Assembly (NCBI GenBank): GCA_964016885.1
Contig: OZ024740.1
Span: 283,154,001-283,218,000, forward strand
Origin: Eledone cirrhosa
Taxonomy: Eukaryota
Length of the DNA: 64,000 nt
Reading direction: 5' to 3'
The translations under genes were made by a program, and so were the position numbers. Below, one piece after another: positions 53,668 through 64,000 of the stretch. Under the pieces are notes generated by a model. The model was not told where the DNA came from and did not search any database. It saw nothing but the letters and a program-made list of their open reading frames with translations. Numbering within the stretch: the first letter of the stretch is position 1; each line of letters opens with the position of its first letter.

Positions 53668-53670
<3 letters not shown>
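49892..53670 (-). mobile_element. Full-length R4/Dong-type non-LTR retrotransposon in (TAA)n
   Basis: Single ORF with RT and C-terminal RLE; about 310-nt leader; short 3'UTR; (TTA)n on both sides. Confidence 0.93.
49966..53214 (-). CDS. Reverse transcriptase / restriction-like endonuclease polyprotein (R4 clade)
   Basis: 1082 open codons: KSPGPDG, YRPITCL, DYRKAFD, QGDSLSP, FMDD, YKYLG, CRIC..ETVAHIVSEC, RHD, PD..D. The likely true start is the in-frame ATG at 53358, cut off by one TAA at 53217-53215. Confidence 0.9.
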   Translation of the reverse strand: MNRTVMQCYLKSNPKERGYRRRMHNIWNEIGLFKLDEQKLAGQARVIRTNGCISELELEELSRESCLEMAGVVCQTSEPAGNEGEEVLRTEEPPEADNDLNTEINNTWNRDTATEEMNADGLGQDSVDILNLVVDELNNDSGRPMDLRFVDRKKLKETTAKVNKVIPYLEARSLHQCNNILKATTNTVRKLLGIKARGNNRQERAEPWWKKRLSGQIGEMRNDIGKLESLLNGTLKNIGTKNRLEIKYKTRSKKLNIIIEELKQRIVAKSAKIRRYENRVSQYKQNRMFDNNQKMLFGQLEGKERGNDLIPGAEQAKTFWRGIWEQDVRHNSQAGWIETVQREIGEQAQQQTDLSITVETLKGQAKKLTNWKSPGPDGVQGYWIKHLTSLHPKLTAMFNDCLVSGEVPEWLTKGTTVLIMKDRIKGNDVTNYRPITCLPVMWKLLTSIVSEEIYHHLHTNNLLPDEQKGCRKKSRGTKDQLLIDKMVMGNCRRRHTDLAMGWIDYRKAFDMVPHSWITKSLEIFRVADNIRQLLGRSMGSWETELTSTGVSLGSVKIKRGIFQGDSLSPLLFVLALMPLTIMLRKVRAGYKLGRGELTINHLLFMDDLKLFGKSEKELDVLVDTVRIFSSDICMQFGIGKCGVIVMKRGSLSRSNGIQIPTGEMIKEIDSEEGYKYLGVLEADGIKNKKMKELLRTEYIRRVRSVLKSHLNSRNAISAVNSRAVSIIRYSAGILRWNVAEQKEMDRKTRKLLTIYNMFHKRSDVDRIYLRRSEGGRGLISIEDCVQMEKNNLYKYVTYSKEPMLRAVLKEGTVGQGISKEEITSRRKSSLKGKSLHSTFFEKTEFRDPQTWNWLRRGDLKKATEGMLMAAQEQALKTKWLKHHIYKEEASPLCRICGEREETVAHIVSECKHLAQTHYKGWRHDVMGRVIHWHLCKVNNLPHSEKWYEHRPEAVMENSQVKVLWDFRIQTDKKLEHNRPDLVVVDKEKRSCLIVDVACPFDTRGQEKEREKINRYQDLKWEVKRIWNCHEVKVIPIVIGALGTISKGFQGWLKKIGPFTLFGTLQKACLLGTARTLRYVLNI

Positions 53671-53729
<59 letters not shown>

Positions 53730-56700
53730 GGCGACCTACGTAGTAAATCGTATCATCGTGAGCTCCGCAAAGGTTTGTTATTTTCAGTTATTTAAAATTG
53801 CCATTTATGGAAAATTTTTATTGTTAACTATATATAAGTGCACATACATTGATTTCTGAAAAGGACACTCAAAAATATTGGGGCCTTGAGTCCAAAATTT
53901 AAACTTTTTATAATTATCAAACAAAAATGTTTTCTTTGAAAAATAATGGATGACTCAGATTCACTCCTCCCTCACAATCCAACACCTCACACCGACACCA
54001 CCATTGTAAACGTTGCTACGTTTGCCAACACTGGAATTGTAAGCAGTAGCAATATTTTAAATTTGTCTCAGGCAGATGTTCATTTCCCGCCATTACCAAT
54101 GACTGCAGGTGTTAAAGCCGCCACCACCACCACCACCACCACCACCGCGTCAACCACCACCTTCACTACCACCACAGCGACAACAGAAACAAAAGAAAAA
54201 AATAAATTAACTCATGATATCGAAATGAATTCAACCAAAATGAACTCTTCCACACCGAACACCACTAACGCCACCACCACCACAACTGAAATTAAAATTA
54301 ACAATAGCAAAAATAACGATAATAACAACAGCAACAATGAAATTAAGAAAACTACCCTGAGTTTTGCCAGAGTAGCAAAATCGTGCGAAGCGATCCAGGT
54401 AACTCAGGAAGAATTAGACGAAGCCAAAGGAATGGTAAAGAAAGATGGGTACAGGGTCAGCCTACCCCACCCCCACCCCACCTAATAAAATGGAGCAACG
54501 TCGCCTATGCACCGTGTCTTATCGGAGAATAAACATAAAATCGCGCCGTGTGGAACGGGCATCTGAGTCCCAAATCCAAAAAGCTTTGGGACATTGTGGC
54601 AAAAAAATACCCACATCAGACGTGGGCAGAAGTATGAAACCGTGGACGTGTTCTTTGAAACACCACAGGAAGCCAGAGAACACTCCATGGCCCCATTAAG
54701 AAGTGACGACTTCACACTCATCCCAAGCTATTGTGGCCAGAGACTTGTGAAGATCAGGGTGACCCGCGTTCCACCGGCCATCGAAATTCCCTGGCTAATA
54801 GCTGCCGTCCTCGCCGGCATCGAGGCGAACACCAAAATAATAGAAATAGCAAAATAAAAGCAGGAGAACTGGTCCGGATCTGTGATGGAGCTCCTGATCC
54901 AAGCGGACCATAAAAGCATTGAGGAGATCCCAGAGGTAATAGACCTCACTGACGGCAGCCACCTCACCGTAATCGTCGAGGGTAGAAGACCTAGGTGTGT
55001 CGTTTGTGGTGAAGGAACCCACCTAAGGGCTTTCTGCCCTCAGGCTAAAAGGTTGAGGCCACCTCCCTTACCCACCCTAGTGACTTAACCATCAACACCA
55101 CCAGCAGCAGAAATAGCAGCAACAACTGTAGCAGCAACAACAGAAGCAACTGTAACAGCAACAACCCCAGCAACAGTAGGAAAACCAACACCACCACCAC
55201 CCAACGCCCCACCAGCGCCTACACCATCCACCACGCCACAACCAAAACCAACGCCTGTGGAGGATTTTCCACTCCCCGGCTTATCGCAACTGGAGACAGA
55301 TTGTGACGACGAGGAGTGGTAAACGGTATCAGTAAAAAAGAAAAAAAGAAACTAAAGAAGAAAAAAATTCTCTTCCTTCCTCCTCAAAAAATAAAATACA
55401 GAGGGAAACAAATAAATTATCGAACAAGTAAGTTAAGACAGATATGCCACCATCCACACCAGCATCACCAACCCCATCGCCACAAACACCAACACCATCA
55501 CCATCATTAACCCCAACACCACCATCACCAACATCACAAAAGTCACCAAAAATCGTAACAGAAACAAACCCACAACCAACGCAAACAAAACAAAACAAAC
55601 AAAATGATACACACTACACAGCATTAAATTTGAACAACCAATTATTACACTACATGCAACACAACACCAGCATCACAGAAAAAGACTACACAACAACCCA
55701 AAAGTTCACACTACCTCCACACATACAAATCACTCGCATCACACAGAAAACGTACACGACACTAAAACAAAAATTCCCCAAAGACATCGGAGACTTCCGA
55801 CAAACACTCTCCAGGAAGATTTATAAGGATATCCTTCCGGAGGAGGCCACAAGCAGTGAAAAGGATGGACACACCATCCTTCCTCTACGAGAAGTAAGGA
55901 AAGTGGTCTTTCCTATCTTTTCCACTCCATTTCAACATGACCTCACTCAAAATAGGTAGCATAAATGCGCGTGGCTTGGGTCGTAATGGAAGCAGGGCCA
56001 CCTGCTCAACGATCTCAGGTCACTAAACATAGATGTAGTGGCCATCAGCGAGACCAGAATCTCCGAAATACGGGCCTTCGCACCGATCTTCGGCGACTAC
56101 GATGTGTACGCATCTCCCAGCCGTCCGGGATCGGGGGGAGGAGTTGCTGTGCTTTTTCGGAGAGGTTTGGATCTCGCCATACGGGCCATCTTCCTGGACC
56201 CAGAAGGTAAGTTGGTGGTGCTAGACGTGACCAGCGGAGACGGGCAAGCTTTCAGGCTAGTGGCCGTCTATGCCCCGACAGGAGCAGGGCGGCCTGATTT
56301 CTTCCGGCGTCTGGAGACCTTTCTTGGAACGTCCCACTCTTTAGTGTTAGTGGGCGACTAGAACGGGATCTTAGATGCACGCTGGGACTGTGTGGGATTA
56401 ACGGATAGGGGAGGAGGGTGCAAGAGTCTCACCAAACTGCTCAGGCGTTTTGAACTGTCTGACAGGTAACAATTGGATTTCCCGAATGTGCCAATGTGGA
56501 CTTGGACAAATCGCATAGGGTCATCCAGATCATATCTAGATAGAGTATTTTGTAGTGAAATAGATAGGTCTAGCATAGGCTCTCCACAATTCAAGATAGT
56601 CAGCTACACGGACCACAAATTCGTGATCTGTGTACTTGACTTAGATAGGCTTCATAGACGAGGACCAGGCTACTGGAAGCTAAACGCGTTCTTACCAGCG

Positions 56701-59607
56701 CGCATGGCCTACAAAGACCGGATTAGCGAACTAGTTAAACTGGCCTTGACGGGGGCCATCGTCAACAACAAGTGGTGGTTTGCTCTGAAAAGAGCAATTA
56801 GAATAGAGTCCATTAGGTTTAGTAAGGCTTTAGCAATAGAGAAAAATAGAGCAGAGGGAGAATTAGTTAGAAAATTAGACGAGGCGCTTAGCAAAGGCAT
56901 CGTGACCGACGTACTTGCAGCGAAATTGGCCCTTGACCAATTCTTCAATGCAAAGCACGAAGGCTGCGTTGTCAGAACTAGGGTGCGTGCTCTCAGACAC
57001 GAGGGATCGAAAGCCCTTCAATGGGCCCTAGTGGCGGAGTCGCATTGTGGCAACAAAGCCACGATCCGGTCTTTGGTGGACCACGACGGGCGCATGCTAC
57101 TCGATCCCGGGCAAATATGTAAAGCTTTTCAGCAACACTTCGCTCAGTTTTTCGGGGGCAGCGGCGGGCCGGATCGAGGGATGGACTTTAGTGTCTAACT
57201 CGACGGAATGCCGCGGCGCTCAGCCACTGAGGCCGAGTGTTGCGAAAAGCCGATAACAGCCGCTGAAGTACGGGAGGCAATGACTAGCTGCACAAGGGGT
57301 AAATCACCTGGTTTGGATGGTCTGCCCTATGAACTTTACGTACAAATGCCAGACTTGTTCGGAGGCCTCTTGGCGGACGTCTACTACAACTGGCAACAGA
57401 ACGGGAGAATTCCCAGCTCTGTGAGCCGAGGAGCTGTGGCGCTACTGAGAAAGGATACGAACAAGGGGGATAACATAGATAATTTTAGGCCCATAACTCT
57501 GCTAAACACAGAGTTTAAGATTTTGGCCAAGGTGCTAGCAAAGAGGTTGGCGCTTGTCGTTGGTGGTCTGGTGGGAGAGGCGCAGACATGCGCCATTCCC
57601 GACAGATCCATCCACAACAACCTCCACCTCATGCGATATACGTAGAGAGGGTAGCTAGAGAACCTGGCACGGGTGGGTTCTTGATCAATTTAGATCAGTC
57701 GAAAGCTTTCGATAGGGTCGACCATCGTTACCTAGCGGCATTCCTGAGGGCGGCTGGCTTTGGGCCCGTCTTCAGAGGCTGGATCGCTGCCATGCACAGC
57801 GACATCTGCTCTGTGGTGAGAGTGAACGGTCACCTTTCGGAACCGTTCAACATCATGCGCTCGGTCCGCCAAGGATGTCCCCTCTCGTCCCTCTTGTACG
57901 TATTGACTCTCGAGCCATTACTGCACAAACTGGAGACGTTCAGGGGCGTCCCGCGCGAACTAGGATGCGGAAGATCCGTGTCAGCATATGCGGATGATGT
58001 TACCGTAGTGGTGTCGAGCGACAAACACATCGAGGCGATCGGCACTACACTAAGAGAATACGAAGCGGTGACAGGAGCAATGATCAACCAGGAAAAGTCA
58101 GTGGGCCTGCAGCTCGGCACCTGGAGAGGCAGGTCCATGCCGTCCAACAGCGTCGTCGGGCGTTGGACGGACGGACCAGTTAAATTGCTCGGGGTCTGGT
58201 TCGGTCCGGATCTCCAGACGGACAAAAACTGGGACGAGGTGACGTGCGTGGTGGCTTCTCTCACCCAGAAATGGGCCGAGAGGAAGCTATCTCTGAAAGG
58301 TCGAGCGGAGGTGGCTAACGCGTATATCGCGTCCGTCATCTACTACCGCCTGACCGTCGTACCTTGTTCTAAGCCTCGCCTGACTGCGCTGGAGCGTTTT
58401 CTCTTTCGCTTTTTGTGGAAGGGACGCGCTACGATGGTCAGGCGGTCCATCTGCTGTCAACACCCGCTACGTGGAGGGCTGGAATGCCGTGGCTGATGAT
58501 GCGCAGACACGCGCTCAGGCTACGACATCTCCACCTCTTCCTCGACGGTGATCAGATGTGGTCGCCGTTTGCTAGACACGTCTTTCCCCAGCTCGTCTCC
58601 TTGATGGGGTTGCAGTCCTGGGTCAAGCGAAGACCGAGAGGGAGCGCTTGGAGACTGGAATGTCTTCAGGCGCTCACAGCCCTCGACCAATCGGGCAATG
58701 TGATTGGTGGAAACTCCACCTTGGCGTTCTATAGAGGATTAGTGGAGGGGAAGAGCGACGACGTACTTGGGGGAAACTCTAGGCGTCGACGGAAATCAAC
58801 TAGCCAATCTCTTCGGAAGAACTTTCGGGCCGGGGCCTATGGACAACTTCCAGAAATCCCTGGCCTGGCAGTGCTACCGAGGAGCTTTGCCAGTTCGGGA
58901 TAAACTCTACAGTCATGGAGGTGCCGTCAGCCGGGCATGTTCGAGATGCGCGCAGGGCGAGGAAACCCTCCTGCACGCACTCGTCCAGTGTCCGAACATT
59001 GCTGACTTGTGGGTTTATATCGAACACCTGCTGTCGCGTGTGGGACGTTTCCAGCTATCAGCTGAGTCCATCGTGAGGATTGCCCCGCCCTCTTCCTTTA
59101 GCCAGGAAGGGCAGGCAGTTTGTATCTGTCTGGTGGCCATGGCGAAAGAGATAGTATGGTGGACACGTTTGAAAGGGCTGAAGACGAGCACTTACCTCTT
59201 CGGTGATGCCCTGATTAACTTTTTCAAATTTCATTTGAAAATGAAAATCATGGTAGAAAGGGAAGTGCTCTCTTCCCAACATTTTGTTGAAAGATGGGTG
59301 AAAGAGGCAAGAATGGCCCGAGTGAATGGGCCTACTCTGAGTATGTGTCTGTAAATTAAAGGTGGAAAACTGGGAGAGGGCACTTGCCCTTGTGGTCAGG
59401 GTCACTGTGGCTTTTTAATGGGCTTTCTCCACCAATGTCCCTCGGAAGTCTCCCCCCTATTGGGGAATTTTTTCATTGTTCTATTATTACATCCTCTGTT
59501 TCTTGTTTTTTTTTACACGAAGAAATGCCCATTTGTACCGCCCTGTATTGTCCTGTACTGTCCTTAATGTCTACTTTATGTAAACCCTTGTGGTTAATAA
59601 AGAAATC
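53730..59607 (+). mobile_element. L1/Tx1-type LINE subfamily A, copy A3: full length with many stops and frameshifts
   Basis: Same ends as A1 and A2; ORF1 pieces from 53946; ORF2 pieces 55937-59354. Confidence 0.95.
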
Positions 59608-59640
59608 ATTATTATTATTATTATTATTGTTATTGTTATT

Positions 59641-59735
59641 CCTTGAATCTCAGTCATTGATGTTGGTTAACTGGAAAGTCCGTTGGATTGAATATCAAGC
59701 CACTACCTGCAGCCTCAGATATTCAGGACGTATCG
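59641..59735 (-). mobile_element. 95-bp 3' tip of the R4/Dong element
   Basis: Identical by eye to 49892-49986. Confidence 0.9.
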
Positions 59736-59966
59736 TATTATTATTATTATTATTGAATGCCATGGTTGACGGAGGCTCGGCTCTGTAAGTATAGTAATTT
59801 TTAACCGTTAAAACAATTGTAAATTGTTTAAAACTTGAACCAAATTGTTGATAAAGACACCCTCCTCCTCGTGAGAGGGGTCTTTGTGTCCGTTATTTGG
59901 CCCTTCGGGGTTAAATAACCAGTTATTGGGGTTTTGTACCCAAAATTTCATTTTAAACAAAAAAAC

Positions 59967-62036
59967 ATGGCTACGAAAAAGAAATTTCATACGTCACTCC
60001 CACTCATTCCGTCTTCTTCTTCCTCAATCATCACTACAGCAGAGAGAAGATTGTCTCTCTCCCTCCCTTCTCTTTCGCAAGCGACGAAAGAAAAGAAAAG
60101 TCTCGTGCAAAGCGTGCAAGGTTTCTCCACGACGACGACGACAGCGACGAAACAGGTGTGCGGGAAATACGAAAACCCAGTTCATTCGTCTGACGTCAGG
60201 AATAATAGCAGTAGCAGCCGTAATAACAACAGCAACAGTGACAATGAAAACAACAGTAGCAGCCGCAACAGCATCACCAGCAGCATAAACAACAACAGCA
60301 TTAGCAGCAGCAACACCAACAACAACCACAGCAACAGCGGCGGAGGCAGTAGTCGTAGTACCTGCAGCAACAACAAAAGTACCAGCAGCTCTGACGACAA
60401 CAACAACAGCAGAGAAAAACCAATCTCATTTGCAGGTATTGCGAAAAACCTGGAAACAATCCTCATAACAAATGAGGAATTAGAGGAAGCGAAGAAGATG
60501 GTGACAAAGAACGGACACCGAGCAATCTGCAAGGCAGCGAAAAATTTTTTCGAAACCCAAGAGCACTGTACGGTCACGTACCGTACAGTAAGTACAAAAT
60601 CCCGTAGGGTGGAAAGAGCCACAGAGGCCCAAATACAAAAAGCCTTGGGGTCTGTGTGGCAGAGGAAAACGCACATCACCCGAGGCAAAAAATACGCCAC
60701 CGTAGACGTACTTTTTGCCACACCCCAGGAGGCAAAGGCCCAATCAGTAGTGACCCTAAGGAGCGAGGAAATGGTGTTGGTGCCCTCCTACTGCGGGCAA
60801 AAAATTGTGAGGGTCAAACTGACCCACGTCCCCCCCGGAATGACCCCTTCTTGGCTGGCCGCGTCTGTCCTCGTCGGAATCGAGGACAAAACAACTGTAC
60901 TGCAAGTACAGAAAAAAGTAAGAGAAGATTGGGTCGGCTCCTCCATTGAGATGCTAATCCAAACCAACCAGGAGTGCATCGAAGCTATCCCGGATGTGAT
61001 AGACTTCGATAACGGCACTCAACTGCCCATAAGTGTTGAGGGCAAACGCCCGAAATGCTTTCGCTGTGGATCGAAGACTCACCTCAGGGCCTTCTGCAAC
61101 GAGAAGACCCTGAGAAAGGAGAAAACCCCCCTCCTTCCGAATCCGGCTCCACGGCTACCAGCAACAGGACAAGCGGCAACCAGGAACGATAGGTCCGTGG
61201 CACCCATACCCACTCCACGGAAATCAAAGACAGCAGCAGCAGTGGAAATATTAACAACAACAACAGCAATACCAAATGCAGCTGCAACAGAGACTCCAGT
61301 GCAAACATCACCAACAACAACAAGTGAAAGAGTGGAGCTGGTACCCCTCCCCGACCTCACAGAATCAGACATGGAGTGTGAGGTGGGAGAGGGATGGCAA
61401 AAGGTCGCAAGAAGGCACAAACGCAGAAGCAGCGCAACGTCGCCTTTGAAAAGGGAGGAAAGAAATGAGAAAAGGGTAAAGTCTACTGCAAAGAGACCCA
61501 CAGCAGCAACAACACCAACACCATCACCACCCACACTAGCACCACCATCACCACCGGCGACAACCCCACCGCCAACAACACCTTCAACACCACCACCACA
61601 AGCACCAACATCGCAAACACAACAACAAAACACACACACCCAGCAACAACGACAAGAAAATAGCAGAACCACACCCCACCCCCAGAAAAACAAATGCACG
61701 GCAATAAATACACACAACAAGAAACTAATGACTTACATAATTGAACACACAGACATTTCACAACAGGACTACATAATACCAGCACCAATCAAAACGCCAA
61801 CTAACATAAGACTGCTAAAAATAGCACAGAAACAATACACAAACATTAAAACGAAATTCCCCAACGCAGTTGGTGATTTCAGGGACCTAGGAGGAACCAT
61901 CAATCGAAGAGTATACTCAGACATTCTCTTAGAAGAGCCGACGACCAGCCGAAGGGACGATTCAACGGTCCCTTCACCAGACGATCAAGTGAAAAGGGAT
62001 GTAAAAACCATCCCTCCTCTACCAAAAGTACGGTAA
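59967..62036 (+). CDS. ORF1 nucleic-acid-binding (gag-like) protein, 689 aa
   Basis: First in-frame ATG at 59967; CFRCGSKTHLRAFC zinc knuckle; S/N-rich and P/T-rich low-complexity segments. Confidence 0.88.
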   Translation: MATKKKFHTSLPLIPSSSSSIITTAERRLSLSLPSLSQATKEKKSLVQSVQGFSTTTTTATKQVCGKYENPVHSSDVRNNSSSSRNNNSNSDNENNSSSRNSITSSINNNSISSSNTNNNHSNSGGGSSRSTCSNNKSTSSSDDNNNSREKPISFAGIAKNLETILITNEELEEAKKMVTKNGHRAICKAAKNFFETQEHCTVTYRTVSTKSRRVERATEAQIQKALGSVWQRKTHITRGKKYATVDVLFATPQEAKAQSVVTLRSEEMVLVPSYCGQKIVRVKLTHVPPGMTPSWLAASVLVGIEDKTTVLQVQKKVREDWVGSSIEMLIQTNQECIEAIPDVIDFDNGTQLPISVEGKRPKCFRCGSKTHLRAFCNEKTLRKEKTPLLPNPAPRLPATGQAATRNDRSVAPIPTPRKSKTAAAVEILTTTTAIPNAAATETPVQTSPTTTSERVELVPLPDLTESDMECEVGEGWQKVARRHKRRSSATSPLKREERNEKRVKSTAKRPTAATTPTPSPPTLAPPSPPATTPPPTTPSTPPPQAPTSQTQQQNTHTQQQRQENSRTTPHPQKNKCTAINTHNKKLMTYIIEHTDISQQDYIIPAPIKTPTNIRLLKIAQKQYTNIKTKFPNAVGDFRDLGGTINRRVYSDILLEEPTTSRRDDSTVPSPDDQVKRDVKTIPPLPKVR

Positions 62037-62071
62037 GTGGTCTTTCCCATCTTTTCCACTCTATTTTAAAC

Positions 62072-64000
62072 ATGACCTCACTCAGAATAGGCAGCATAAA
62101 TGCGCGTGGCTTGGGGTCGTCATGGAAGCAGGGTCACCTGCTCAACGACCTCAGGTCACTAAACATAGATGTAGTGGCCATCAGCGAGACCAGAATCTCC
62201 GAAGCACGGGCCTTCGTACCGATCTTCGGCGGCTACGATGTGTACGCATCTCCCAGCCGTCCTGGATCGGGTGGAGGAGTTGCTGTGCTTTTTCGGAGAG
62301 GTTTGGATCTCGCCATACGGGCCATCTTCCTGGACCCAGAGGGTAAGCTGGTGGTGCTGGACGTGACCAGCGGAGACGGGCAAGCTTTCAGGCTAGTGGC
62401 CGTCTATGCCCCGACAGGAGCAGGGCGGCCTGATTTCTTCCGGCGTCTGGAGACCTTTCTTGGAACGTCCCGCTCTTTAGTGTTAGTGGGCGACTGGAAC
62501 GGGATCTTAGATGCACGCTGGGACTGTGTGGGATTAGCGGATAGGGGTGGAGGGTGCAAGAGCCTCACCAACCTGCTCAGGCGTTTTGAACTGTCTGACA
62601 GGTACCGATTGGATTTCCCGAATGTGCCAATGTGGACTTGGACAAATCGCATAGGGTCATCCAGATCATATCTAGATAGAGTATTTTGTAGGGAAATAGA
62701 TAGGTCTAGCATAGGCTGTCCACAATTCAAGATAGTCAGCTACACGGACCACAAATTCGTGATCTGTGTGCTTGACTTAGATAGGCTTCATAGACGAGGA
62801 CCCGGCTACTGGAAGCTAAACGCGTCCTTACCAGCGCGCAAGGCCTACAGAGACCGGATTAGCGAACTAGTTAAGCGGGCGTTGACGGGGGCCATCGTCA
62901 ACAACAAGTGGTGGTTTGCTCTGAAAAGAGCGATTAGAATAGAATCGATTAGGTTTAGTAAGGCTTTAGCAATAGAGAAAAATAGAGCAGAGGGAGAACT
63001 AGTTAGAAAATTAGACGAGGCGCTTAGCAAAGGCATTGCGACCGACGTGCTTGCGGCGAAATTGGCCCTTGACCAATTCTTCAATGCAAAGCACGAAGGC
63101 TGCGTTGTCAGAGCTAGGGTGCGTGCTCTCAGACACGAGGCGACGAAAGCCGTTCAATGGGCCCGAGTGGCGGAGGCGCGTCGTGGCAACAAAGCCACGA
63201 TCCGGTCTTTGGTGGACCACGACGGGCGCATGCTACTCGATCCCGGGCAAATGTGTGAAGCTTTTCAGCGACACTTCGCTCAGCTGTTCGGGGGCAGCGG
63301 GGGGCCGGGTAGAGGGATGGACTTTAGTGTCTACCTCGACGGACTGCCGCGGCTCTCGGCCACTGAGGCGAAGTGTTGCGAAAAGCCGATAACAGCCGCT
63401 GAAGTAAGGGAGGCAATGACTGGCTGCACAAGGGGTAAATCGCCTGGTTTGGATGGTCTGCCCTATGAACTTTACGTACAGATGCCAGACTTGTTCGGAG
63501 GCCTCTTGGCGGACGTCTACTGCAACTGGCAACAGAACGGGAGAATTCCCAGTTCTGTGAGCCGAGGAGCGGTGGCACTGCTGAGAAAGGATCCGAACAA
63601 GGGGGATAACATAGACAATTTCCGGCCCATAACTCTGCTAAACACAGAGTTTAAGATTTTGGCCAAGGTGCTAGCAAAGAGGTTGGCGCTTGTCGTTGGT
63701 GGTCTGGTGGGAGAGGCGCAGACATGCGCCATTCCCGACAGATCCATCCACGACAACCTCCACCTCATGCGATACATCGTAGAGAGGGTAGCTAGGGAAC
63801 CTGGCACGGGTGGGTCCTTGATCAATTTAGATCAGTCGAAAGCTTTCGATAGGGTCGACCATCGTTACCTAGCGGCAGTCCTGAGGGCGGCTGGCTTTGG
63901 GCCCGTCTTCAGAGGCTGGATCGCTGCCATGCACAGCGACATCTGCTCTGTGGTGAGAGTGAACGGTCACCTGTCGGAACCGTTCAACATCATGCGCTCG
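62072..64000 (+). CDS. ORF2 AP-endonuclease / reverse transcriptase (3' incomplete)
   Basis: MTSLRIGSINARG, ISET, GDWN, YLDR, TDH, KSPGLDG, FRPITLLN, DQSKAFDRV; absent from the ORF track, consistent with no stop before the window edge. Confidence 0.88.
   Translation, partial: MTSLRIGSINARGLGSSWKQGHLLNDLRSLNIDVVAISETRISEARAFVPIFGGYDVYASPSRPGSGGGVAVLFRRGLDLAIRAIFLDPEGKLVVLDVTSGDGQAFRLVAVYAPTGAGRPDFFRRLETFLGTSRSLVLVGDWNGILDARWDCVGLADRGGGCKSLTNLLRRFELSDRYRLDFPNVPMWTWTNRIGSSRSYLDRVFCREIDRSSIGCPQFKIVSYTDHKFVICVLDLDRLHRRGPGYWKLNASLPARKAYRDRISELVKRALTGAIVNNKWWFALKRAIRIESIRFSKALAIEKNRAEGELVRKLDEALSKGIATDVLAAKLALDQFFNAKHEGCVVRARVRALRHEATKAVQWARVAEARRGNKATIRSLVDHDGRMLLDPGQMCEAFQRHFAQLFGGSGGPGRGMDFSVYLDGLPRLSATEAKCCEKPITAAEVREAMTGCTRGKSPGLDGLPYELYVQMPDLFGGLLADVYCNWQQNGRIPSSVSRGAVALLRKDPNKGDNIDNFRPITLLNTEFKILAKVLAKRLALVVGGLVGEAQTCAIPDRSIHDNLHLMRYIVERVAREPGTGGSLINLDQSKAFDRVDHRYLAAVLRAAGFGPVFRGWIAAMHSDICSVVRVNGHLSEPFNIMRS

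Larger units (their letters stand above)
59755..64000 (+). mobile_element. L1/Tx1-type LINE copy C, apparently intact, runs off the window
   Basis: Starts after (TTA)n; unique 5'UTR; intact ORF1; open ORF2. Confidence 0.93.

Overview
Repeat-saturated eukaryotic DNA with no recognisable host gene. The SINE, microsatellite and retroelement make-up suggests a mollusc, possibly an octopus (inference only). Three layers are visible. (1) Dense (TA)n, (CA)n, (TC)n, (TCTA)n and (TTA)n microsatellites, which explain most ORFs in the track. (2) Non-LTR retrotransposons: six L1/Tx1-type copies on +, five of them stacked in (TTA)n tracts in two clusters (20.9-35.7 kb and 49.9-64 kb). These are interleaved with antiparallel R4/Dong-type elements (RT plus restriction-like endonuclease), one nearly intact. 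Old Penelope, RTE and CR1 fragments and tRNA-derived SINEs are also present. (3) The least expected layer: many non-coding fold-back or inverted-repeat elements next to (TA)n. By hand-folding, these carry type I hammerhead ribozyme motifs at six loci, two with branched insertions in stem II, plus several fold-backs that keep only the 3' half of a hammerhead. Also notable are a possible 52-53 nt intron that would fuse Tx1 ORF1 to ORF2 in frame, and an ORF1/5'UTR swap in the last, apparently intact Tx1 copy. All folds and alignments were done by eye and no database search was run.
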